Origin: an uncultured delta proteobacterium
GTDB taxonomy: Bacteria > Myxococcota > Kuafuiibacteriia > Kuafuiibacteriales > Kuafuiibacteriaceae
DNA: 64,000 nucleotides
Assembly (NCBI GenBank): GCA_963803435.1
Contig: CAWDML010000009.1
Location: forward strand, 800,001-864,000
Direction: 5' to 3'
The position numbers and the translations under genes were made by a program. Of the stretch, positions 20,219-30,431 are shown in pieces. The notes under the pieces are model-generated. The model was not told the DNA's origin, made no database searches, and saw only the letters and a list, made by a program, of their open reading frames with translations. Numbering within the stretch: the stretch's first letter is position 1; every line of letters starts with the position of its first letter.

Positions 20219-21349
20219 ATGTCGTTCGAGAACGTCACGGGTGCGATCGATGACATCGCCGCAGGGCGAATGGTCATCCTGGTCGACGACGAGGATCGGG
20301 AGAACGAGGGCGATCTCTGCATGGCCGCCGAGAAGGTGTCGCCCTCCGCGATCAACTTCATGGCGCGCTATGGGCGCGGCCTCATCTGCCTCACGCTGAA
20401 CGAGGAGAAGATCGAGCAGCTCGGCCTCAAGATGATGGTCGAGAACAACACCTCGGCGTTCGAGACCGGCTTCACCGTGTCGATCGAGGCGCGCGAGGGC
20501 GTCTCGACCGGCATCAGCGCCGCCGACCGCGCCCACACCGTGCTGACGGCGGTCCGGTCGGACGCTGCGCCCAACGACCTGGTCTCGCCAGGCCACGTCT
20601 TCCCCATCCGCGCCCGCAAGGGCGGCGTCCTGGTTCGCACCGGACAGACCGAAGGATCGGTGGACCTGTCGAAGCTCGCCGGCCTCCAGCCCGCGGGCGT
20701 CATCTGCGAGATCATGAACGAGGACGGTTCGATGGCCCGCCGCCCCCAACTCGAGGAGTTCGCGAAGGAGCACTCGCTTCGGATCGTCAGCATCGCGGAG
20801 CTGATCGAGTACCGGTTCGCGCACGATCGCCTGGTCGAGACCGTGTGCGAGCGGACGATCGACAACGCGGAGTGGGGAGAGCTGACCGTGCGCGTCATGC
20901 GCTCGCAGGTGGATGGCCTGGAGCACCTGGTGATCACGAAGGGCCAGATCGATCCCGAGACCGCGGTGCTGGTGCGCGTGCAATCGATCGATCTGCCTGC
21001 GGACCTGGTTGGCCTGGCGCTGTCCGGGGGCGGGGCGGAGATGCGGGCGGCCATGGCGAGCATCGCCGGCGCCGGCTCGGGCGTGTTCGTGTATCTGGTG
21101 CGGAGCGTCGAGGGCTCGTCGATGGCCGGCAAGCTGGCTCGGATCGACGCGCGGGTCATGCCGCCCACGTATCATCGCGTGGGAACGCGCCTCGATCTGC
21201 GCGAGTTCGGGACGGGCGCCCAGATCTTGAAAGCGGTGGGCGTGAAGAGGTTCCGGCTGCTCAGCAACAACGAGGTCCGGATCGTCGGCATCGAGGGGTT
21301 CGGGCTCGAGCTGATCGAGCGGGTCCCGCTCGCGGTCGAAGGGGTGTAG
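20219..21349 (+). CDS. ribB: DHBP synthase fused to a degenerate GTP cyclohydrolase II domain (RibBX-like)
   Basis: [24 protein letters not shown] intact; C-terminal domain lacks the Zn-binding Cys residues. Confidence 0.93.
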   Translation: MSFENVTGAIDDIAAGRMVILVDDEDRENEGDLCMAAEKVSPSAINFMARYGRGLICLTLNEEKIEQLGLKMMVENNTSAFETGFTVSIEAREGVSTGISAADRAHTVLTAVRSDAAPNDLVSPGHVFPIRARKGGVLVRTGQTEGSVDLSKLAGLQPAGVICEIMNEDGSMARRPQLEEFAKEHSLRIVSIAELIEYRFAHDRLVETVCERTIDNAEWGELTVRVMRSQVDGLEHLVITKGQIDPETAVLVRVQSIDLPADLVGLALSGGGAEMRAAMASIAGAGSGVFVYLVRSVEGSSMAGKLARIDARVMPPTYHRVGTRLDLREFGTGAQILKAVGVKRFRLLSNNEVRIVGIEGFGLELIERVPLAVEGV

Positions 21350-21352
21350 GCC

Positions 21353-21829
21353 ATGGGGAAGAGCTACGAGGGCAAGCTGGGCGCAGAGGGCAAGAAGTTC
21401 GGCCTCGTCGTGTCCCGCTTCAACAGCTTGATCACGGAGCGGCTCCTGGAAGGGGCAAAGGACTGCCTGTTGCGTCACGGCGCCCAGGAGAAGGACGTCG
21501 AGGTCGCGCGCGTTCCCGGAAGCTGGGAGATCCCGCTGGCCGTCAAGTGGATGGTCGAGTCGAAGCGCTACGACGCGGTGCTGGCCCTCGGATGCGTGAT
21601 CCGGGGCGGCACGCCGCACTTCGACTATGTTGCGGGCGAGGTGACGAAGGGATCGGCGGCAGTCCAGCTCAACGCCGGCGTTCCGGTGGCGCTGGGCGTG
21701 CTCACCACGGACACGATCGAGCAGGCGATCGAGCGGGCCGGAACCAAGCACGGAAACAAGGGTTGGGACGCGGCGCTGGCGGCGATCGAAATGGTCGGGC
21801 TTCGGGGAGCGTTGGGCATCGGGGACTAA
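21353..21829 (+). CDS. ribH: Lumazine synthase
   Basis: [33 protein letters not shown]. Confidence 0.99.
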   Translation: MGKSYEGKLGAEGKKFGLVVSRFNSLITERLLEGAKDCLLRHGAQEKDVEVARVPGSWEIPLAVKWMVESKRYDAVLALGCVIRGGTPHFDYVAGEVTKGSAAVQLNAGVPVALGVLTTDTIEQAIERAGTKHGNKGWDAALAAIEMVGLRGALGIGD

Positions 21830-21832
21830 GCG

Positions 21833-22300
21833 ATGAAGGCGGCCCGTCGCAGAGCGCGCGAGTGTGCGCTGATGGTGCTCTACGGGATCGATGTGTCCGG
21901 CGTCGATCCGGAGGTCGCCCTCGAGCGCTTCTGGACGGACTTCGGCGATGGCCAGCCGCTCGATCCGCCGGCGCCCTACGAGGACAGCGAGGCGCGCGGG
22001 TTCGCGGTGGAGGAGGAAGAGGCGGTGAAGAGCTACGCGGAGCGCCTGGTGCAGGGCGTGGCGGCGGCCAAAGAGGAGCTCGACGCGCTCATCACCGGCA
22101 TCTCGCTGCACTGGCGCCTCGATCGAATGGCGCTGGTCGATCGGAACGTGCTTCGACTGGGCGCGTTCGAGCTCACCAAGCTCAAAGACGAGGTCCCTCG
22201 CAAGGTCGTCCTCAACGAGGCGATCGAGATCGCGAAGACGTTCGGCACGGCCGAGTCGAGCGCGTTCATCAACGGGATCCTGGACCGCATCGGGAAGTAG
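21833..22300 (+). CDS. nusB: Transcription antitermination factor NusB
   Basis: RRRARE, W.LDRM..VDRN.LR, NEAIEIAK.FG, FINGILD. Confidence 0.98.
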   Translation: MKAARRRARECALMVLYGIDVSGVDPEVALERFWTDFGDGQPLDPPAPYEDSEARGFAVEEEEAVKSYAERLVQGVAAAKEELDALITGISLHWRLDRMALVDRNVLRLGAFELTKLKDEVPRKVVLNEAIEIAKTFGTAESSAFINGILDRIGK

Positions 22301-22304
22301 GACG

Positions 22305-22805
22305 ATGGCGACGGCGCGGATTTCGCCCGGAGACCTGTCCGGCCTCGATGCGCTCGCGGTCGACTCGCTCGCGCTCCATCTGTTCGCGGAGAAGCGCCAG
22401 CCGCGCGCGGTGGCGGGCTACGTCGACTGGCGAATGTGCGGCCGGCTCGCGCGGCTCCTGCTCGAGGATCGCTTTCACGGCGCGATCGACGAGACGCTGC
22501 TCATGCCGTCGCGCGGTCGCCTGGGCGCGGATCGATTGTTCCTGATCGGTCTCGGCGATCCCGTGAAGGGTCGCTACGGGATCGACGGTCGGATCGAGGA
22601 GGCGGTGGCAGTGCTCTCGGATGCACGCGCGACCAAGGTGGCGCTGGGCGGACCGAGCTTCGTGCTGGAGGCATGGCTCGCGGCGGCGACGCCGGATCGA
22701 TTCGAGGAGGTCGTCCTTCTCGACGCAGACGGTGCGCTCGATGGCGCAGAGGAGGCGCTGGAAGCGGCGGCCAAGAAGGCCGGCTTCGCCTGGAGCGCGC
22801 GGTGA
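22305..22805 (+). CDS. Stand-alone peptidase M17 N-terminal-like domain protein
   Basis: G.VDWRMCG.L.R, RL....LG pattern; no catalytic M17 domain. Confidence 0.75.
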   Translation: MATARISPGDLSGLDALAVDSLALHLFAEKRQPRAVAGYVDWRMCGRLARLLLEDRFHGAIDETLLMPSRGRLGADRLFLIGLGDPVKGRYGIDGRIEEAVAVLSDARATKVALGGPSFVLEAWLAAATPDRFEEVVLLDADGALDGAEEALEAAAKKAGFAWSAR

Positions 22806-23236
22806 CCCTCGAGTCGGAGCTCGAGCGCCTGATCGCCGCGGTTCCGGAGGCGATCGGCGCGATCGTGTGCGACTTCGAGGGCGAGACGGTGGTGGTGGCC
22901 CTCGGGTCGGCGTCCCTGCCCCGGGAGGCCGAGGCGCGGGCGCTGGAGCACGTCCCCCGGCGGATCTCGCTCGAGATGCCGGTCGCCGAGTTCCTCATGC
23001 GCCTCGGAGGCGCCGAGCCCTGCGCGATCCTGCGGATCGCGGAGGATGCGGGACGCCGGCGGGGTGGAGGCGGGATCCGATCGCTGCACGCGCGGTATCG
23101 CGCCGTGGAGGTCCTCGTCGATCCACTGCCGGAAGGTTATTACCTGGTGCTCGTCCTCAGACGACCTGCGCTCGCGTCCCACGCACGGTTTCGCCTGCAA
23201 GACGCATCGCAGCGGCTCTCGGAATACGTCCGCTAG
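22802..23236 (+). CDS. Roadblock/LC7-like protein
   Basis: VPEAIGAIVCDFEGETV...YYLVLVL...ARF.L; GTGA coupling. Confidence 0.75.
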   Translation: MTLESELERLIAAVPEAIGAIVCDFEGETVVVALGSASLPREAEARALEHVPRRISLEMPVAEFLMRLGGAEPCAILRIAEDAGRRRGGGGIRSLHARYRAVEVLVDPLPEGYYLVLVLRRPALASHARFRLQDASQRLSEYVR

Positions 23237-23313
23237 CCAACGCTAGCCTAGCTTCGAGCCATGGCCTGTGATAACCCTCAGGGAACCATGTCGGCGAACA
23301 AGGGGGCCCTGTG

Positions 23314-23880
23314 ATGAGCGGGCCTGAATTGGATTTCGTCGTGTATCTCGGAGATCCAGACGAGGGCGCGGAGGCTGTGACGAGCAAGGCCCTGCTCACT
23401 GGCATCGAGAAGCACAAGGCGAAGCTGGAGCTGCCCGGGGCCTACGGCGCGATCATCCTGACGGAGAAGGGCAAGGAGAAGGTGGAGCGCAAGCCGGACC
23501 CGATCGTCGCCCTGGTCACGAAGCTGGTACGTACGATTCCCTACCTGATTGACGGGGAGGCGGAGACGATCCTGCTCTCGGAGAGCGAGACCGGCTTCCT
23601 GCTCGAGCCCTCGGGGGACGACGTGCTGGTGTCCTGCTTTTTAGGCGACGCCTACGAGCCCGAGGAGTTCCTCCTCGAACCGGTCACCGTGACCCTCCAG
23701 GCGCTCGGAGAGCAGATCCTGTCGATGGGCGAGCGGCTGCGCGACGTGCTCAAGAAGGTGAGCCCCGAGTCGTTCGAGAACGACGGCGATGGCAAGAGCC
23801 TCGAGGAGTTCATCGACATGAGCCGGACGTCGTTCAAGACCTTCAAGCTGGAGGTCGAGCGAGGCTTGCGGGTGACATGA
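23314..23880 (+). CDS. Acidic hypothetical protein (true start may be ATG 23288 if the G-run at 23302-23306 lacks one base)
   Basis: Strong coding bias; ATGA overlap with next gene. Confidence 0.85.
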   Translation: MSGPELDFVVYLGDPDEGAEAVTSKALLTGIEKHKAKLELPGAYGAIILTEKGKEKVERKPDPIVALVTKLVRTIPYLIDGEAETILLSESETGFLLEPSGDDVLVSCFLGDAYEPEEFLLEPVTVTLQALGEQILSMGERLRDVLKKVSPESFENDGDGKSLEEFIDMSRTSFKTFKLEVERGLRVT

Positions 23881-24185
23881 CGCGACGAATCGACGCGCCG
23901 CCGTATCGGCTGGGTCATCCGGACACGACGGATCCGGAGAAGATTGAGGAGCTGCAGAAGCGCGTCGAGAAGCACACCCGGCTCACCGCCAAGAAGACCG
24001 GAGCCGTGTTCTCCGAGGTCCTGACCAAGCGGATGAAGCGGATGCGCGGCGAGGACGACGACGACGAGACCCCCGAGGGTGGGGAGGGCGAAGAGCAACA
24101 GGGCGACAGGGAGCCCCTGCTCGCGCTCCATCCCGGACAGCAGCCCGGGCTCGCCAACAAGAAGAAAGTCATCGTCAAGGGCTAG
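23877..24185 (+). CDS. Small hypothetical protein with basic C-terminal KKKVIVKG
   Basis: Coupled to upstream gene; coding-like codon usage. Confidence 0.8.
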   Translation: MTRRIDAPPYRLGHPDTTDPEKIEELQKRVEKHTRLTAKKTGAVFSEVLTKRMKRMRGEDDDDETPEGGEGEEQQGDREPLLALHPGQQPGLANKKKVIVKG

Positions 24186-24190
24186 GACGC

Positions 24191-25692
24191 GTGTCGCAGA
24201 GCCTTCACCCGATTCTCGAAGGACATCGCGGTCCTTTCCCGCGCCGGCTATCCGATCATCTACATCGTGACGCAGGAGGAGGCGCGGGCGCACCGCCTCG
24301 TGGAGAAGGCGGCCGCGGCGGCGCGCAAGAGCCTGGTGCGGTGGTCGGCGTCGACCGGCTTCGACGGTGGCGAGGCGGGCCGGACGGTGGACGACGCCCG
24401 GGGCGCCATCGACATTCTGGGCGCCAACGAGGAGCCGTCCCTGTTCCTGCTGCTCGACCTCCACCCGTACCTCAAGGATCCGAGCCTGATCCGGCGGCTG
24501 CGGGATCGCCTGCCCGAGGCGACGCGCCGCCGCCAATCCTTCGTGATCATCGCGCCCGTGCTCGAGCTGCCGGTCGAGCTGGAGAAGGACGCTGCGGTGA
24601 TCGATCTTCCCCTCCCCAAGAACGAAGAGCTGCTCGCCGAGCTGGAGCGCGTCTCTCGATTGGAGAAGGTGGAGGTCCATCCCGAGGTCGCGGATTGTGC
24701 GGTGCGCTCCGCGCTGGGGCTGGGGCTCGCGGAGGCGGGCCGCGTCTTCCGCAAGGTCATGGTGCTGCGGAAGGGCCTCGAAGAGGACGACCTTCGGATG
24801 GTGGTCGAGGAGAAGAAGAACGTCCTCCGCAAGACCGACGTCCTCGAGTTCAACGAGCTGGCGGAGGGCCTGGCCGAGGTGGGTGGGCTGGGCGAGCTCA
24901 AGCGCTGGCTCGGCACCCGGCTGGAGGCGTTCGGCGACGAGGCCCGCAACTTCGGGCTCCCGCCGCCCAAGGGCTTGCTCCTCCTGGGGGTCCAGGGCTG
25001 CGGCAAGTCGCTTTCGGCCAAGGCGGTGGCGGAGCTCTGGAAGTTCCCGCTCCTCCGGCTCGACGTCGGCGCGCTGTTCTCGGGCGCCAGCGCCTCGCCC
25101 GAGGCGGCGATGCGGGAGGCGATCAAGATCTGCGGAGAGCCTGTCGCCGGTCGTCCTCTGGATCGACGAGATCGAGAAGGGGTTCGTCCAGTCCGACAAG
25201 GACGAGAGCACCACCCGCGTGTTCGGCACGCTGATCACGTGGCTCGCCGAGAAGAAGGCGCAGGTCTTCGTGGTGGCGACCGCCAACGACGTCAGCGGTC
25301 TCCCGCCCGAGCTCCTGCGCCGCGGGCGCTTCGACGAGATCTTCTTCGTCGACCTACCGAACCAGCACGAGCGGCTGGAGATCCTCAAGATCCACATCAA
25401 GAAGCGCCAGCGCGATCCGGATCGCTATCCGACGCTCCTGCAGCTGGCTGCCCGCGCCGACCACTTCTCCGGCGCCGAGCTCGAACAGGTGGTGGTCTCG
25501 GCCCTGTACCGGGCCTTCGCCGAGAAGCGCGAGCTCTCCGACGAGGACCTGGAGATCGCGCTCAAGCAGACGGTGCCCCTCTACCAGACGTACGAGGAGA
25601 AGATTAAGTGGCTCCGCGACTGGGCCCGCACCCGCGCCCGTCCGGCGACCCTCGACTCGACCGTGCTCGATCTGTTCGGCGTCGGCCGCTGA
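24191..25692 (+). CDS. Ycf46-like AAA+ ATPase, broken by two apparent +1 frameshifts (~24204, ~25131)
   Basis: [11 protein letters not shown]; VGGL.ELK.WL; Walker A GVQGCGKS; after the shift Walker [33 protein letters not shown]. Confidence 0.9.
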
Positions 25693-25730
25693 CCGTCGAC
25701 TTGAATCGCCAGGGGCGGTACTCGAGATCC

Positions 25731-26060
25731 GTGAGCGATGCGGTGATCGGGGAGGGCGTGCGCGTGAACGGCGAGGTCTCGGCCGAGAAGGAGCTGTCCA
25801 TCGCAGGAGAGGTGCACGGAAGGATCCGATCCCCGCACGTGGTGATCCGAGGGGGCGGCGCGGTCGACGCCGAGGTGGAGGCGGATCGGGTGATGGTCCA
25901 CGGACGTGCCGCCGGGGTGATCAGCGCGACGGATCGCATCGAGGTGAAGGGGACGGCGATCGTGACCGCGGATCTGAGCGCCCCTTCGGTGGTGATCGAG
26001 GAAGGCGCGGTCGTTCGCGGGAGTGTGCGGATGGACCTGGGGCTGCCCCCAGACGTGTGA
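25731..26060 (+). CDS. Bactofilin 1
   Basis: VIGEG..V.G......L.I.G.V.G.I beta-helix, I..GA...G. Confidence 0.9.
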   Translation: MSDAVIGEGVRVNGEVSAEKELSIAGEVHGRIRSPHVVIRGGGAVDAEVEADRVMVHGRAAGVISATDRIEVKGTAIVTADLSAPSVVIEEGAVVRGSVRMDLGLPPDV

Positions 26061-26069
26061 GGGTGAGGC

Positions 26070-26393
26070 ATGGAGAAGACGGTGATCGGGAGCTCGCTGG
26101 TGATCGAAGGGGACCTGGAGGGCGCGGAGACGCTCGAGGTGCACGGGCGGGTGCGCGGGCGGATGGTGTCGGCGAAGAGCGTGACGGTGTGGGCTTCGGG
26201 GAGCGTGGAGGCCGAGGTCCGGGGGGAGACCGTCCGGGTCGAGGGCGCCCTCGTGGGCTCGATCAGCGCGGACGGGCGCGTCGAGATTGCACCGGACGCG
26301 CGGATGGACGGGGACATCCGGTCGCCGCGGATCGTGATTGCGGATGGGGCCCACTTTCGCGGTAACGTCGACATGCGCCGGCCGGAGCCATGA
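26070..26393 (+). CDS. Bactofilin 2
   Basis: TVIGSSLVIEGDL...GDI.SPRIVIADGA.FRGNVDM. Confidence 0.93.
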   Translation: MEKTVIGSSLVIEGDLEGAETLEVHGRVRGRMVSAKSVTVWASGSVEAEVRGETVRVEGALVGSISADGRVEIAPDARMDGDIRSPRIVIADGAHFRGNVDMRRPEP

Positions 26394-26866
26394 TCAAGAA
26401 GACCGAAGCAGGGGCCGAGATCTCGAGGAGCACGGTCGTGCGCGGGCGTGTGCAAGGCACGGAGCCGCTCTCGGTCGCGGGTCGGATCGAGGGCTCGGTC
26501 GTGCTCGACGCGAAGCTCACCATCGAGAAGAGCGGGGTGGTGAAGGCGGACGTCGACGCCGACGAGGTGATCGTCCGGGGCATCCTGATCGGGAACGTCC
26601 ACGCCAAGCGGGCCGTGCGGATCGAGTCGGGCGCCCGCGTGAAGGGTGACATCGAGGCGCCCACGGTGGCGATCGCGGACGGCGCGCGCTTCTCGGGCGG
26701 GCTCACGATCGGCGATCCGGAGTCGGCGCGGGCGCTGCTTCCCAGCTATGAGCCCGAGCAGGTGCGAGAGCGGGCGGCGGCGAAGAACGTCCCGCCCGAG
26801 GTGATCATGCGGCCGGTACCCGTCGAGCGGACACGGCCGCGCGTCGTGGTGAAGAAGCGAACATGA
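26390..26866 (+). CDS. bacP: Bactofilin 3 with basic C-terminal tail (BacP-like)
   Basis: Bactofilin core plus tail ending RVVVKKRT; third of a bacNOP-like trio. Symbol assigned by position and tail. Confidence 0.85.
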   Translation: MIKKTEAGAEISRSTVVRGRVQGTEPLSVAGRIEGSVVLDAKLTIEKSGVVKADVDADEVIVRGILIGNVHAKRAVRIESGARVKGDIEAPTVAIADGARFSGGLTIGDPESARALLPSYEPEQVRERAAAKNVPPEVIMRPVPVERTRPRVVVKKRT

Positions 26867-27459
26867 AAGCGGATGATCTGGAGCAGGCCCGGACGGATCT
26901 CCTGGCGCTCCTCGAGACCAAGTCGTTCCAGAAGCGGAAGGTCACGCTCACCTCGGGTCGGACCTCCAACTTCTATGTCGACTGCAAGCAGACCACGCTC
27001 GACGCGACCGGACATGTGCTGGTCGGGCGGCTCCTCTTCGAGGAGATGCGTCGCTACGAGGAGCGCGGCGGGCGTCGGGTGGCCGGCGTGGGAGGTCTGA
27101 CGCTGGGCGCCGATCCGATCGCGAGCGCCGCGTCGCTCACCTCGGCGCTGCTCGACCATCCGATCCCGGCGTTGATCGTGCGCAAGGAGCCCAAGGGCCA
27201 CGGCACCGGCGCCTTTCTGGAGGGTGCGAACAACCTGGTCGCTGGCGGAGAGGTGGTGGTGGTCGAGGACGTGGTCACCACCGGCGGCTCCGCGATGAAG
27301 GCGGTCGAGCGCATCCGTGACGGTGGCTTCACCGTGCATCTCGTCCTCGGATTGGTCGATCGGCTCGAGGGGGGCCGGGAGAACCTCGAACGCGAGGGCC
27401 TCGAGGTGGTCACTTTGTTTGATCGCCGGGACTTCCTCCCGGACGATGAGGTCGAATGA
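26863..27459 (+). CDS. pyrE: Orotate phosphoribosyltransferase
   Basis: LTSGR.S.FYVDCK, GLTLGADP, RKE.K.HG, VEDVVTTGGS. Confidence 0.97.
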   Translation: MKADDLEQARTDLLALLETKSFQKRKVTLTSGRTSNFYVDCKQTTLDATGHVLVGRLLFEEMRRYEERGGRRVAGVGGLTLGADPIASAASLTSALLDHPIPALIVRKEPKGHGTGAFLEGANNLVAGGEVVVVEDVVTTGGSAMKAVERIRDGGFTVHLVLGLVDRLEGGRENLEREGLEVVTLFDRRDFLPDDEVE

Positions 27460-28070
27460 AGCGCGCGCTCCTCGTCACCGGTCTCCTCCTGGGATGCGCC
27501 GGGCCCGAGCGCATGTCGCTCCAGCCGCGCGCCGGCCTCACACCCGACGACTACGAGGACGTCCTCGACGACTGGACCCGGCACGACGAGCTCTACGACA
27601 AGCTCGACAGCATCATGTTCGTCTTCGCCACCTTCCACTCGCCGGAGTTCCGGAAGGCGTTCCTCCTCCGGCACGCCGATGTGTACGGGCCCGGCAGCGA
27701 GATGGCCGAGCACCTGACGCTGAGCGACCCCGAGGCCGAGCACTTTCTCGAGTTCTTCGTCAGCAGCTCGACCGGCCGGGTGGAGTGGAACGATCTCGAC
27801 AAGAACAAGGACTCGATCTGGAGGGTGACGCTGGTCGGGGATGACGAGCAGGACGTCGCGATCGGTCAGGTGACCAAGGTCCGGACCACGGCCAACATCC
27901 GGGCCATCTATCCCTACATCACCGACTTCGCGAAGACGTACCGGATCCGATTTCCGATGACGACGGTCGGTGGCAAGCCGATCCTGACCAACCAGACGCA
28001 CCGCCTCACGCTCCACATCGCCTCCGCGCTGGGCGCGTGCGCGATGTCCTGGGAGTTCGAGACGCGCTGA
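27456..28070 (+). CDS. Hypothetical lipoprotein
   Basis: Lipobox LLGC; coupled to pyrE. Confidence 0.85.
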   Translation: MKRALLVTGLLLGCAGPERMSLQPRAGLTPDDYEDVLDDWTRHDELYDKLDSIMFVFATFHSPEFRKAFLLRHADVYGPGSEMAEHLTLSDPEAEHFLEFFVSSSTGRVEWNDLDKNKDSIWRVTLVGDDEQDVAIGQVTKVRTTANIRAIYPYITDFAKTYRIRFPMTTVGGKPILTNQTHRLTLHIASALGACAMSWEFETR

Positions 28071-28074
28071 GCGG

Positions 28075-29718
28075 TCACGCCACCAGATCCTTGCGGACCA
28101 GCACCGTGTCGTGTGCCGCCGCCGACGGGTTGGGAAAGTCGATCGTGTAGTGCAGCCCGCGCGACTCGCGGCGCTTGAGGGCCGACTCCACGATCAGCTC
28201 GGCGACCGTACAGATGTTGCGGAGCTCCAGAAGATCGCGGGTCACGGTGGCGTTCCAGTAGAAGTCCCGGATCTCCTCCTTGATGGTGTCGATGCGTCGC
28301 TTGGCGCGGAGCATGCGACGGGTGCTCCGCACGATCCCGACGTAGTTCCACATGAACCGCCGGATCTCGTCCCAGCACTGGGTGATGACGACCAGCTCGT
28401 CGGAGGGCACGGCGTCGCCGGGATCCCACTCGGCCACGCCGTCGAAATCGGGCGCGGGGAGGGCGAAGTAGCCCTCTCCGGCGAGGGCGGCGCGATGCCC
28501 GAAGACCGCTCCCTCGAGGAGGCTGTTGGAGGCGAGCCGGTTGGCGCCGTGCATCCCGGTGCAGGCAGACTCGCCGATCACGAACAGACCGGGGATGCAG
28601 GACTCTCCGCGCTCGTCGGTCCGCACGCCGCCGCAGACGTAGTGCGCGGCGGGGACGACCGGGATCGGCTCCTGGGTCATGTCGATCCCATACTTCATGC
28701 ACTCGGCGTGGATGTTGGGAAAGCGGCGACGCACGAAGTCTTTGTCCAGGTGGGTCATATCGAGGAGCACGCAGTCGTCGCCGGTTCGCTTGAGCTCCGC
28801 GTCGATCGCGCGCGCCACGATGTCGCGCGGCGCCAGCTCCTTCATCGGGTGGTAGGCGTCCATGAACCGCGTGCCGTCCATGCGGCGCAGCAGGCCGCCT
28901 TCACCGCGGAGGGCCTCCGAGATCAGGAAGGACTTGGCCCGCGGATGATAGAGGCACGTCGGATGGAACTGGATGAACTCCATGTTCGCGATCTCGGCGC
29001 CGGCCCGCCAGGCCATCGCGACCCCGTCGCCGGTCGCGACGTCCGGGTTGGTCGTGTAGAGGTAGACCTTCGAGGCCCCGCCGGCGGCGACGATCGTGAC
29101 GCGCGAGAGGAACGTGATCACCCTGCCGCTCACCTCGTCGAGGACGTAGGCGCCCAGGCAGCGGTTCTCCGGCCCGGGCATCACGAAGCGCGTGCCCGAG
29201 AGCAGGGCCTCGACCTTCCGCGAGGTGATGAGGTCGATCGCGCAATGGCGCTCCAGCAGGGTCACGTTGCTGCGCGACTTCAGCGCCGCGAGGAGAGCGC
29301 GGATAATCTCGGCTCCCGTGATGTCGCCGGCGTGGACCACACGGCGGTGCGTGTGGCCGCCCTCGCGCGTGAGATCGAACTCGACGCTTGCGTCGTGCTG
29401 GCCGTCGTTCTTGTCGAAGCGCGCGCCCTGCTCGATGAGCCGCGCGATTGCCGCGGGCGCTTCCTCCACCACGCGCTCCACCACGCCCGGGTGGCAGAGG
29501 CCGGCGCCGGCGGCGAGGGTGTCGGTGATGTGCGCCCGGAAGGAGTCGTCCGGGGCGAGCACCGCGGCGACGCCGCCCTGGGCATAGGCAGTGTTCGCGT
29601 CGGCAGCCCCGCGCTTGGTCACGATGACGACGTCGCGGCCGGACCGGCTCGCCTCGAGCGCGTAGGTGAGGGCGGCGATGCCACTTCCGATCACCAGCGC
29701 ATCGCAGGTCTGCTTCAT
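28075..29718 (-). CDS. nadB: L-aspartate oxidase
   Basis: IGSGIA, YAQGGVA, TREGGH...RVVH, QFHPT, LISEALRGEG, HGANRLASNSLLE, RESRGLHY. Confidence 0.98.
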   Translation of the reverse strand: MKQTCDALVIGSGIAALTYALEASRSGRDVVIVTKRGAADANTAYAQGGVAAVLAPDDSFRAHITDTLAAGAGLCHPGVVERVVEEAPAAIARLIEQGARFDKNDGQHDASVEFDLTREGGHTHRRVVHAGDITGAEIIRALLAALKSRSNVTLLERHCAIDLITSRKVEALLSGTRFVMPGPENRCLGAYVLDEVSGRVITFLSRVTIVAAGGASKVYLYTTNPDVATGDGVAMAWRAGAEIANMEFIQFHPTCLYHPRAKSFLISEALRGEGGLLRRMDGTRFMDAYHPMKELAPRDIVARAIDAELKRTGDDCVLLDMTHLDKDFVRRRFPNIHAECMKYGIDMTQEPIPVVPAAHYVCGGVRTDERGESCIPGLFVIGESACTGMHGANRLASNSLLEGAVFGHRAALAGEGYFALPAPDFDGVAEWDPGDAVPSDELVVITQCWDEIRRFMWNYVGIVRSTRRMLRAKRRIDTIKEEIRDFYWNATVTRDLLELRNICTVAELIVESALKRRESRGLHYTIDFPNPSAAAHDTVLVRKDLVA

Positions 29719-29804
29719 GCCGGGACAGTTGCCATAACGAACCGCGAGGGGCGAGGAAGACCGCGAGCTTGCCCGGTCCGAACCCGATGCTAGGATAGTG
29801 CGGC

Positions 29805-30431
29805 GTGGGCAAACCCCAGGCTCAGCTCGGCCTGCTGGCCCTCCTGCTGATTCCCAGCCCGGCCTGGGCGGAGCTGTACAGCTTCGTCGACACCGACGGC
29901 GTCATCCACCTGACCAACATCCCCAAGGGCGGCGAATACCGTCCCTACAATGCGGACGACGCCGAGGGGTTCGGCGGACAGAAGCCGATCGTGATCGTGT
30001 ATCGCGGCGGGGTGGAGCGCGTGCTGTATCCGGTCGACGTCTCGCGATTCGACGATGCGCTTCGCGAGGCCGCGCGGCACTACAACCTCCCGTTCGCGTT
30101 TCTCAAGGCCATCGCGAAGGTCGAGTCGAACTTCAACCCGCGCGCGATCTCGACGAAGAACGCGAAGGGGTTGATGCAGCTGATCGACGAGACTGCGGAG
30201 CGCTTCAACGTCGCGGATCCGTTCGATCCCAAGCAGAACATCTTCGCCGGCGCGCGCTACCTGCGGATCCTGGCCAACGAGTTCAAAGGCAACATGGCGC
30301 TCACGGCGGCCGCTTACAACGCGGGCCCGGAGCGCGTCCGTCGCATCGGGCGCGTGCCCGAGATCCGCGAGACGCAGCGTTACGTGCGTCGCGTCCTTCA
30401 GATGTATCGACACTACAAGCGATCGGAGTGA
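29805..30431 (+). CDS. Lytic transglycosylase (SLT) with N-terminal DUF4124-like domain
   Basis: Y...D.DGV.H.TN.P; VES.FNP.A.S...A.GLMQL; AAYNAG; ETQ.YV. Confidence 0.95.
   Translation: MGKPQAQLGLLALLLIPSPAWAELYSFVDTDGVIHLTNIPKGGEYRPYNADDAEGFGGQKPIVIVYRGGVERVLYPVDVSRFDDALREAARHYNLPFAFLKAIAKVESNFNPRAISTKNAKGLMQLIDETAERFNVADPFDPKQNIFAGARYLRILANEFKGNMALTAAAYNAGPERVRRIGRVPEIRETQRYVRRVLQMYRHYKRSE

Noticed and set aside
24191-25692. Programmed frameshifting in the AAA+ ATPase
   Set aside because: No slippery heptamer at either site; lone extra T bases fit sequencing error better.
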